From: Acaryochloris marina S15
Lineage (GTDB): Bacteria > Cyanobacteriota > Cyanobacteriia > Thermosynechococcales > Thermosynechococcaceae
Direction: 5' to 3'
Assembly: GCF_018336915.1 (NCBI RefSeq)
Contig: NZ_CP064923.1
Span: 1,260,001 to 1,292,000 of the forward strand
Length of the DNA: 32,000 bases
The translations under genes were made by a program, and so were the position numbers. How positions within the stretch are numbered: position 1 is the stretch's first letter; every line of letters starts with the position of its first letter. The notes under the pieces were generated by a model that saw only the letters and a list, made by a program, of their open reading frames with translations, was not told the DNA's origin and did not search any database. Of this stretch, positions 1-7,540 are shown in pieces.

Positions 1-819
1 AAACCCCGTGGTTTTCTTCCCTGACTTCTTCTGGCTCTGTGATAAGGCACCCTTGCCAAAGGCGTGTAATTTGCCCTGTTCAGGTTGCGACTCAGTGGGC
101 ATATTTGCCAATTGGCGGATATGCTCCATCCATTCGGGTTCCTGATGCTGAAGTTCTTCTGGAGAAAAGTCGGCTTCTGTTGCCAATCCTAACGAAATCT
201 GCACTCTTGCCCAGCTGCCACAAAACATTTCGTCCATTGGGCCTTCTTTGTAAGCCCGTTCGAGCACACTGGCGGCTCCAGTCGCTTTTAAGTTGAGTAA
301 TTCGCAGACTAAACTTCCATTAGTCTCTGCTGCCTGTTCCTTGTGTCGAGCCAGGGCTGCTGTTAATTCATCAATGCAGTCTTGCCGATAATCAGGATAT
401 CGTTGAGCAATTTTGGTGAGTCCTGAAGCGGCTGTAGATATACCCAGCCAAGGGCGTTTCCCTTCAGCTAGATAATCTGAGAGTGTTGGAATACAGGTTG
501 GACCTATTTTTGCCAAGATGGCGGGCAACTCTTCCCTTAAAAAGTCATACTCACTATCAAAGAGAGCCAACAGTGCTTGAATCGCATTCTCTGTTTTGAG
601 TTGACCTAATGCACGACAAGCATGCATGGGGGAGTAACACTCTCCCTCATCATCCCAGTTCAAGTTTTCTTCAGCAGCGAGCCGACTGAGTTCAGGGATA
701 TGAGCTTCTGTAAATCCAAGGGCTTGAAGATAGTCAATATCTTCAGAGCTGTTTAAATCTGCAGGATATCCTTGGGTGAGGAGTTGGGCTACAGGATCTT
801 GGTAAGCAGGGATAGGCAT
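1..819 (-). CDS. Hypothetical alpha-helical (HEAT-like, DUF1186-like) protein, 3' end runs off the window
   Basis: I translated this by hand; it is not in the ORF track because no stop lies inside the window. The frame is open from ATG at 819 (MPIPAYQDPVAQLLTQGYP...HACRALGQLKTENAIQALLALFDSEYDF...) to position 1. An alternative in-frame ATG lies at 939. The family assignment rests on recollection of similar cyanobacterial proteins only. Confidence 0.5.
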   Translation of the reverse strand, partial: MPIPAYQDPVAQLLTQGYPADLNSSEDIDYLQALGFTEAHIPELSRLAAEENLNWDDEGECYSPMHACRALGQLKTENAIQALLALFDSEYDFLREELPAILAKIGPTCIPTLSDYLAEGKRPWLGISTAASGLTKIAQRYPDYRQDCIDELTAALARHKEQAAETNGSLVCELLNLKATGAASVLERAYKEGPMDEMFCGSWARVQISLGLATEADFSPEELQHQEPEWMEHIRQLANMPTESQPEQGKLHAFGKGALSQSQKKSGKKTTGF

Positions 820-1179
820 AGTTTCAAGAACAGAAGGCGTGTTAATAGTAGCATTGACCCAGTTGGCTTTGTGTGCCCAGGCATTGACCTCGATCAGCAC
901 TCCCCGATCGAGCCCCACAACCGTTTGAATGAAGGTCATCGAGATATATGGTTAACCCTGTCGATGAAAATGCGGGGTACTGCTTTGCCCGATGTTTGAA
1001 ACAATTGGATACACCTTTCCTCCTTGGTTTGGGAAAGATGACTAAAAACAAGACCATCAACAATAGCAGCTCAACTCGATTCCCCATTATTGGGATATCT
1101 GTCACTCTTCTAACTGTTTGGCTAAAGACCCAATAGAGCAGAGTTGAGCAAAGCCAGCCCTTCTAAACTTCGAGTCCTC

Positions 1180-2016
1180 TCACCCTCGATCAATAGGAAC
1201 ATCGGGCAACCGACTCCATTCCTGCCAAGAGCCATCATAGTTACGCACTTGGGGGTAGCCCAACAAATATTTCAAAACAAACCAAACGTAGGCAGAGCGT
1301 CCACCAATGGCACAGTAGGGAAATATTCTCTTATTCGTTGTAATCCCTTGCTGTTGGAAGAGAGCGTGTAACTCATCCGCCGACTTGAACGTTCCATCCT
1401 CATTCAGCGTCTCGGCATGGTCTAGATGCACAGCTCCAGGGATATGTCCCCCAACTTCATCTCCTTGGGTTGGTTCCATCAGATACAGTTCACCCGCATA
1501 TTCAGCCTGTGTTCTTACATCTAGCAAGACTTGATTAGGTCTCTCCAGCGCAGCGAGTACTTCCGCAGACAAGACTCGTAAATTAGCATCAGGTCCTTGC
1601 ACCGGATACAGAGTTGCGGGGAAAGTTGATAACTCCGAAACTACAGGCCCCCTTTGGGCGATCCATTGCTGATATCCCCCATTGAGCACCACTATATTTT
1701 GATGGCCAAAGAGCTGAAATAGCCAAAACATAAATGCCCCCGTACCGGGGTAGCTGCCGTAAGCGACAACGGTTGTAGTTGCGTCAATCCCAGACTTTCC
1801 CAGCAAGGTACTGAAGGCACCAGGATCTAAATTAAGGGACAAATCTGGCATCATCAGTTCTATGCCAATCTGCCAAAAAACTGCACCGGGAATATGGGCA
1901 TTGCTGTAAGTCTCAGGACTCATCTCCACCTCAAGAATGCGAAGATTAGAGTCGTTGAGATGCTCCTTCAGCCATTGTGGATCAACTAAGACTTCGGGAT
2001 TGGCATACTCAGACAT
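1180..2016 (-). CDS. Two-domain rhodanese sulfurtransferase (thiosulfate/3-mercaptopyruvate type)
   Basis: About 280 aa with two rhodanese-like halves. The active-site loop CAIGGRSAYV sits in the C-terminal half, followed by the YDGSWQEWS tail. The track ORF begins at a TTG (2034); the ATG at 2016 (MSEYANPEVLVD) is the likelier start. Confidence 0.85.
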   Translation of the reverse strand: MSEYANPEVLVDPQWLKEHLNDSNLRILEVEMSPETYSNAHIPGAVFWQIGIELMMPDLSLNLDPGAFSTLLGKSGIDATTTVVAYGSYPGTGAFMFWLFQLFGHQNIVVLNGGYQQWIAQRGPVVSELSTFPATLYPVQGPDANLRVLSAEVLAALERPNQVLLDVRTQAEYAGELYLMEPTQGDEVGGHIPGAVHLDHAETLNEDGTFKSADELHALFQQQGITTNKRIFPYCAIGGRSAYVWFVLKYLLGYPQVRNYDGSWQEWSRLPDVPIDRG

Positions 2017-2106
2017 GGGCGATACTCTCGTCAAAAGGACTACCGCTAAGATTAGGGAAGTAGGTCACCTAGACCCAGTCCTCGATCGGGTACTCTTTGA
2101 GGCATT

Positions 2107-2805
2107 GTGATGATCATGATTCAAGAGTTGTTCACCGCCATTCATCAAGCCCCAACTGAACAAGCGTTGCGACAGCAGGTTATTCCCTCGTTGGGGCAGT
2201 ACTTTTCCAGTACACGGCAAGGGCTATTTTTCTTCGATCAGCTTGCCGTGCTAGAGCCTCAGTTGCAACAAGTGATGGACCGTGCCCTCTCCATAGAACA
2301 CAACCCTGTTGTCCGATATATTACTGAGCGCCATGCGCCCGTTCATGAATCTCTGGTCACATCCCCCAAGGTCTGGCGGATGATTTGCCCTCGTCTAGAT
2401 CATTGGCATGTGATGGCAGGGCCATTAGTAAGCCAAGGACGGCTTGTAGGAGCAGTGGGCTTGACCCGTGAACAAGCCAAACCCGCTTTTGATACCCAAG
2501 ACTTAGCGGATTTGAGTGCCATTTGCTTACACCTGTCGACTTGGGTCGCTGCAGTCAAACCTCAGGAAAATGCCCAAAAACGAGAATGCTTAACCCCCCG
2601 TGAATTAGAGATTGCTGAATTGGTGGCATCGGGTTTAACCAATGCAGCCATTGGCAAAGAACTGTGGATTACAGAAAATTCTGTCAAGCAGGCGTTAAAG
2701 CGGATGTTTCGCAAGCTAGAGGTGTCATCACGGGCAGAGTTAGTTGCCCAGATCTTTACAACTACCAGACAAGATGCTGGACAGCACTACAACCTCAGCC
2801 TGTGA
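2107..2805 (+). CDS. LuxR-family transcriptional regulator with N-terminal GAF-like sensor domain
   Basis: The C-terminal helix-turn-helix reads LTPRELEIAELVASGLTNAAIGKELWITENSVKQALKRMFRKLEVSSRAELV. The N-terminal ~160 aa end in a GAF-like GRLVGAVGL motif. GTG at 2107 and ATG at 2110 are adjacent candidate starts. Confidence 0.85.
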   Translation: MMIMIQELFTAIHQAPTEQALRQQVIPSLGQYFSSTRQGLFFFDQLAVLEPQLQQVMDRALSIEHNPVVRYITERHAPVHESLVTSPKVWRMICPRLDHWHVMAGPLVSQGRLVGAVGLTREQAKPAFDTQDLADLSAICLHLSTWVAAVKPQENAQKRECLTPRELEIAELVASGLTNAAIGKELWITENSVKQALKRMFRKLEVSSRAELVAQIFTTTRQDAGQHYNLSL

Positions 2806-3066
2806 CCCAGAAGCAGCGAGCGGGGCTTTGGGCCTATTTTTCAATTAGTAGCGAATAATCGGCTGATATTGGCCTTGAGGCGCAAATGTTGCGGAGTATT
2901 ATGACTCTGTTAAAACTATCAACATTTCAGACCCTCTCCCCCAACCTTATGGGACGATCAAGGGGTAAAGATACGGCAGACTTCCGTATCGCCATCTAGC
3001 AAGCCTCTTCCCAGCTTTTTATGAGTGCAGTTGCCAAGGAAGGGCAATGCTAAAGGAGGATAAGCT

Positions 3067-3498
3067 ATGAAACGCAAACTCTTAGTGGTTTTTGCATTCC
3101 TCACCCCTTTGCTCTGGGCTCGTCCTGTCCAAGCGGCAGATCCTGTTCAGGTCCAGCAGCTTTTAACGACTAACTCCTGCGAAGGGTGTGATCTTTCAGG
3201 TGTAGATCTGCGGCAAGCTCATCTGATTGGAGCTGACTTGCGGAATGCTGATTTGACGGGTGCTCAACTGCAAGAAGCCAATTTAGAAGGCGCAGATTTA
3301 ACTGGGGCGAGTCTGAAGCAAGCCGATTTGACGGATGCCTTTCTCACCAATGCCAGCCTGAATCTCACCCGTTTGGAGTCCGTGAACATGACCCGAGCCC
3401 GACTCTACAATGTCGAAGCGCGGGGAGCAGTTATTGCCAATATTAATCTAACAGATGTCAAAATGTGGGGTACTCCTATTAGCATCGGTGGCGAATAG
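3067..3498 (+). CDS. Secreted pentapeptide-repeat protein
   Basis: Signal peptide MKRKLLVVFAFLTPLLWARPVQA, then tandem A(D/N)Lxx pentapeptides (ADLRNADLTGAQLQEANLEGADLTGASLKQADLTDAFL). An AAGGAGGA Shine-Dalgarno sequence lies just upstream of the ATG. Confidence 0.9.
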   Translation: MKRKLLVVFAFLTPLLWARPVQAADPVQVQQLLTTNSCEGCDLSGVDLRQAHLIGADLRNADLTGAQLQEANLEGADLTGASLKQADLTDAFLTNASLNLTRLESVNMTRARLYNVEARGAVIANINLTDVKMWGTPISIGGE

Positions 3499-3574
3499 GA
3501 GTCCCTGAAAATCGCGACTTGAGCTGGTAATTTCTCCAGTAACGATGAGGTATGAGTTCTAAATCCGCTAGACT

Positions 3575-3621
3575 TTCACACCTATTAATTGAGCCTTTGC
3601 ACCTCAATTAATAGGTGTGAA
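3575..3621. terminator. Perfect 19-bp-stem hairpin between convergent genes (candidate bidirectional terminator)
   Basis: ttcacacctattaattgag (3575-3593) and ctcaattaataggtgtgaa (3603-3621) are exact reverse complements with a 9-nt loop. The hairpin starts 12 nt after the stop of gene G (3633) and 77 nt after the pentapeptide gene stop. Confidence 0.65.
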
Positions 3622-3632
3622 GTGGCAGACAC

Positions 3633-6600
3633 CTACTTTACGTTGGCCCGAAACCGAACGGCACCGTAAGAAGTTGCCGGGGTACCTACGCCCGTTGTCT
3701 GGGGTAAGTCACCTAAGTTAACGACAATGGCACCGTTGTCTTCTGTTTGAGCGGGGGCATTATCACAAACTGCAGGCAAAGAGGAACCCGGTGGGTAATA
3801 CTGAGCGGTATCTCCATCTGCATCGTTGGTAAATGAGAGAAGACTGCCGTTGTATTCGACTGTAATGCCCCGATTAGCTCCGATGCCTCCACTAGGGGCA
3901 GGGGTTACGGCGTTAAACGCATCAGGCACAAAGGTTTGGAAACTGGGAACTTTATCGCAGAATTGGACATCCATGGCCGTTGAAGTACCCGTTGATAGGA
4001 AATAGATGGTGTACTCTATCTCGTCCCCTGGACGGGTTTGACCCCCATTGGTGGCCCCCAGTAAAAAGGTGCTTGGAGTGGGCCAGTATTCTGTATCCAA
4101 GGGAGTTGGCGCAGGGCTATTGAGGGTATTGTCGTCGTACTCATAGCTGGGGTCATCAACGTAAACATTGAGGTTAGTGCCCCCATTCGCTGTGAGACCA
4201 TTTACACGGGTGATCCGCTTGACCAATAACACATTGGGGTTGTTGGTTGCAGGTGGGCAAAGTGAGCGTAACAAGCTGGTCATATCGTCCGCTAAGTCAT
4301 CATAGGTATTGACTTCTACATAATCTGCAGAATTAGCATTATCCAGCGCAGCATTAAATTGCGTGGTATTACTACCATCGGTTATACCCAAGAAATCATT
4401 GATATCTAAATTTTGGATGCCAATTCCATAAACATGAGCACCTGCCTGCTTGAATTGCAATGCTTCATCGTTCGGGCTGCCTCCTGTATTGATATTGCCA
4501 TCTGCGAAGAAGAAAACGGCATCAGGACTGCCAGGTGATACCCCCAGAGAAATAGCCTGCTGGAATCCAGCTTCCCAATTGGTGAAGCCCCCGCCAATAT
4601 TGACATAGTTAGTATTTAGAGCACTTTCGAAGGTGGGTAAATTAGCAGCCGTTACGTCGGTGTAATTAATCACTGTGGCACTGGAAGTATCAAACCGGAC
4701 AATACCAACCCGAGAAGTAATATTGTTATCGACCAAGTAATTGAGCATTGCCATGACCGCATCACGTTGTGCTCGTCGCTCACTGAGATCCACTGAACCA
4801 GATTTATCCAAGATAAACATCATGTCACTGCTCACCTGACAGAAGTTATTATCTATATCTGGATTTTCTGGAGTTGCGATCGCAAGTGTGTAATCTTCTA
4901 CCTCACCATTCCTAGCAAATCCCCCCGGTGTGTTGGCATTGACGTTGACATCTGTGGTGAGGCGAAAACGAGCATAGGTGGTCGTGCCACCTGTCAGCCC
5001 ACTCACGCCGGCCCCAGACCAGGTTAATGCCCCATCTGGAGAACTGTTGCCGCTTTGTACCGTTTGACTGGCATATTCATCAGCCTCAAAAGTGCCATTT
5101 CCATCAAAGTCCACCCAGGCATGTAGGGTAGCCGGCCCCCCAGTATCATTGGTTGCGGAGATATTTGCTGCCTGAATGGTGTAGGAGGTATCGCTGGCGT
5201 TGAGGGCCGCTAAGATCACACCATCCTCATCATCAGGAGAGCCATTGTTATCGTCTCCTAAAGCATTGGCTGTAGGAATGGGACCATTATCGCCATCTCT
5301 TGCAGCACCCAGCTGAAGCGTAGTAGCTGTAGTACCCGCATGGGAGGGAACACCGTAATCGGACGGGGCATCGCTAAAATCGATAACTTGAATATCAGAA
5401 ATATCAAAAGTCCAAGAGTTTTGGCGAGGGCAGCTTGCACCAGAACAGTTGGCAGCCCCCACATCATTCCCAGCAATTATGGTGAAGGTGCTGACCGTGT
5501 CTCCCAGGTAACTATAAACCTCGTAGCGATCGTCTGTGCCAATCCCGTTTTGCACATTCGAAGAATTCTGAATTCGATGACGAATCCCGCCTCCGGTCGG
5601 CGGCACGAGTTCCAACAAGGTTGGATCATCGATAAATACGGTGTCGGCACCGACCACTTCCACAAACTCTCTAACCGCGTTCGCAGCTCCGTTTCCATCA
5701 ACATCCTGAGCACTGAAAAAAACGTTGGTTGCTGCTAAAGGAGTATTTGTTCCTGCTTGAACTAACTGAAAATCAAACTGAATCGAAGAGATGGTATTCG
5801 CTCCGCCATCGTGGCGAATGACCGGCTGAAATCGATCGGGGAACGTATTGTTATCATCCAAGGTGGTGAGGGTGGCATTATTGATATTGCTAACCGTGAC
5901 TAACGCATCAATCCCTTGCCCACCTACGGTAGCGACATTCTGGAAGCGGTAAACGTTCGTTGTGGCGGGCTCTAATGTTGGTGTTGAGTCATTGAAATTT
6001 AGAACGGTAACTTGTAAGAGCTGAGCGTAATTCGACTGCGCTAGTTGCTGAGAAACCATCTGGGGTTCTAGTTCACCCAGCTGATACTCTAAGGTCCAAT
6101 CTCCACCCTGGGTTGCATCACCCGTTGGATTATTGGAGGCAGCCACATCAGCGTTGCTTAGGGCGCTAAGGTTAGAAACAAATGCTTTCCCTTCCGTTGT
6201 CGAGGCAACATTGCATCCATAGAGAAAGATATCTGCCGTTGGCGATAGTGCCGTTTGCCACTGCTGAATTTGTCCCGCCTTTTGGTGGAGAGTGGTTGAA
6301 TTGACCCGTGAGTTTCCCAGATGTAACTGAGCAGCAGATCCATGAGAGATCAAGTGCACTGCTTTAAGATTGCGATAGTTGCTGAGAATATCGCTAATTT
6401 GATCTAGTCCATCTGCGTTTGAATTAATAAAGTGCACAGCAGCCTGGCTAGGCAAATTTTTGAGCAACGCATCTGGGTTGGTTACACCTGCATCAACAAT
6501 AATCACATCCGTCATGGGAGTGGCAAGGAGACGGGTAGAGGTTTGCCCTAAATGAGTTGGAGATTTTGAGTAGGCAGAGACTAGATCATGCTTAGCTTGT

Positions 6601-6740
6601 GGATAAATCTCCATAGCAGCCTGTGAAGGGCTGCTGTAGCCAACACTTCCCACAGCTCCGAATAAAATCAGACCTGCTAATGTCTGCTGGCATTTAGAAG
6701 AGGCGAAGAAGTTTGGCTTGGAAAATCTAGGAAACATCAT
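3633..6740 (-). CDS. Secreted multidomain adhesin-like protein (gene G): DUF4347-like N-domain, GEVED domain, vWA domain with MIDAS, shared C-terminal DUF11-like module
   Basis: Signal peptide ...LAGLILFGAVGSVGYSSPSQA. DUF4347-like block DVIIVDAGV...AVHLISHGSAAQLHLG...IFLYGCNVAS (approx 6096-6512). Literal GEVEDYTL motif preceded by DFSDAPSDYG...AWVDFDGNGTFE (approx 4875-5387). vWA region with DxSxS MIDAS (FILDKSGSV, D at 4806-4808). Last 203 aa are paralogous to the C-terminus of gene F. Confidence 0.85.
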   Translation of the reverse strand: MMFPRFSKPNFFASSKCQQTLAGLILFGAVGSVGYSSPSQAAMEIYPQAKHDLVSAYSKSPTHLGQTSTRLLATPMTDVIIVDAGVTNPDALLKNLPSQAAVHFINSNADGLDQISDILSNYRNLKAVHLISHGSAAQLHLGNSRVNSTTLHQKAGQIQQWQTALSPTADIFLYGCNVASTTEGKAFVSNLSALSNADVAASNNPTGDATQGGDWTLEYQLGELEPQMVSQQLAQSNYAQLLQVTVLNFNDSTPTLEPATTNVYRFQNVATVGGQGIDALVTVSNINNATLTTLDDNNTFPDRFQPVIRHDGGANTISSIQFDFQLVQAGTNTPLAATNVFFSAQDVDGNGAANAVREFVEVVGADTVFIDDPTLLELVPPTGGGIRHRIQNSSNVQNGIGTDDRYEVYSYLGDTVSTFTIIAGNDVGAANCSGASCPRQNSWTFDISDIQVIDFSDAPSDYGVPSHAGTTATTLQLGAARDGDNGPIPTANALGDDNNGSPDDEDGVILAALNASDTSYTIQAANISATNDTGGPATLHAWVDFDGNGTFEADEYASQTVQSGNSSPDGALTWSGAGVSGLTGGTTTYARFRLTTDVNVNANTPGGFARNGEVEDYTLAIATPENPDIDNNFCQVSSDMMFILDKSGSVDLSERRAQRDAVMAMLNYLVDNNITSRVGIVRFDTSSATVINYTDVTAANLPTFESALNTNYVNIGGGFTNWEAGFQQAISLGVSPGSPDAVFFFADGNINTGGSPNDEALQFKQAGAHVYGIGIQNLDINDFLGITDGSNTTQFNAALDNANSADYVEVNTYDDLADDMTSLLRSLCPPATNNPNVLLVKRITRVNGLTANGGTNLNVYVDDPSYEYDDNTLNSPAPTPLDTEYWPTPSTFLLGATNGGQTRPGDEIEYTIYFLSTGTSTAMDVQFCDKVPSFQTFVPDAFNAVTPAPSGGIGANRGITVEYNGSLLSFTNDADGDTAQYYPPGSSLPAVCDNAPAQTEDNGAIVVNLGDLPQTTGVGTPATSYGAVRFRANVK
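3636..4244 (-). repeat. Copy 1 of the shared 203-aa C-terminal module (in gene G)
   Basis: NNPNVLLVKRITRVNG...SYGAVRFRANVK. My manual alignment gives 168/203 identical residues to 7544-8152. Similarity starts abruptly at NNPNVLL. Confidence 0.9.
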
Positions 6741-7052
6741 GAGTCACTGGATGTTGAACAAAATGGAAAAGGGTGTATCCCAAAAAGATAAAACCCCTGA
6801 AATAATGGATAGGTATACGTTTTTTACTTGCGAATAAGAAAAATATGCTGATAAAGCTTGAAATCAGATAAATTTCCCAAAAAAGTCATCTATGGATGTC
6901 TTAAGGTAGAAAGGCTTGCCATCTATTCAGGCAGCAAGAGCTTTTTGCCTAGCAATATCGCAGGTTCTTCCTCCCTCCAATCAGGTAGATAGGAGGCTTC
7001 ACCTCATTCACTCAGAAGAAGTAAAGGGCTATTCAGTAGACTTTTTCTGTAG

Positions 7053-7478
7053 CTATAGTTGACCATTTACAGAGAAAGTCGACCATCTATGGCTATAGTT
7101 GGCCTGCCAAGAGATATTTTTGCCATTAGTAAATAAAAAGACGCATTCACTTTGATGTGCTGCGTCCCGGAATATTACTAGTGGCATGAGCGACTCAAAT
7201 ACCTCGCCTTGGAGCCCATGGCCATATTGATCAAAATTTGCTGGAGACCTGTTAATGCTCTTTAGCAAGCGTTCGTTATTACGAGCTGAACGATCACCAT
7301 AAACAGAAGACGTTGGGTCGTCTTGGTTTGCAATTCATATTTGCGTCCACGGCAACGACCCAAGCCCATACTTAATGTCTATCCCACTCTCACTCCTTGG
7401 GCGGTTATAAACTTGTTCCACGATGCCCACCTCATTGATATCGAGATGGGTGCGTAGGTGGAGAGTAAGCGCTGTCAT
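7053..7478 (-). pseudogene. Unassigned 142-codon frame interrupted by one in-frame TGA (possible gene remnant, or two small ORFs)
   Basis: ATG at 7478 (MTALTLHLRTHLDINEVGIVEQVYNRP...), in-frame TGA at 7335-7337. The same frame continues into track ORF 7053-7268 (..LLKSINRSPANFDQYGHGLQGEVFESLMPLVIF..). I recognise no family. Confidence 0.25.
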
Positions 7479-7540
7479 CAATTCCTGGTAAAGAGCTAGG
7501 CATTTGATGCGGCGTCGATTAGGTATGGAGTCCTAGTGAC

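Noticed and set aside
842-1136. Small ORFs in the intergenic gap between the rhodanese gene and the partial HEAT-like gene (842-1105 minus, 948-1136 plus, 772-999 plus)
   Set aside because: They overlap one another, have no recognisable motifs or ribosome-binding sites, and sit where a promoter/terminator region is expected. The minus frame from 939 is better explained as a possible 5' extension of the 1-819 ORF.
2107-3498. The LuxR-type regulator and pentapeptide-repeat protein as dedicated components of the surface locus
   Set aside because: They are on the opposite strand, separated from gene G by a strong bidirectional hairpin, and both families are ubiquitous in cyanobacteria. Adjacency alone is insufficient, and this would need co-occurrence analysis.
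3636-4244. Intramolecular isopeptide triad (Lys in LLVKRIT, Glu in EIEYTIY, Asn in RFRANVK), as in CnaB/SpyCatcher-type domains
   Set aside because: The candidate Asn is not conserved in the paralogous copy in F (KFRAKVK) and is absent from the equivalent strands of A and B. The sequence alone therefore does not support a conserved isopeptide. Only structure or mass spectrometry could revive the idea.
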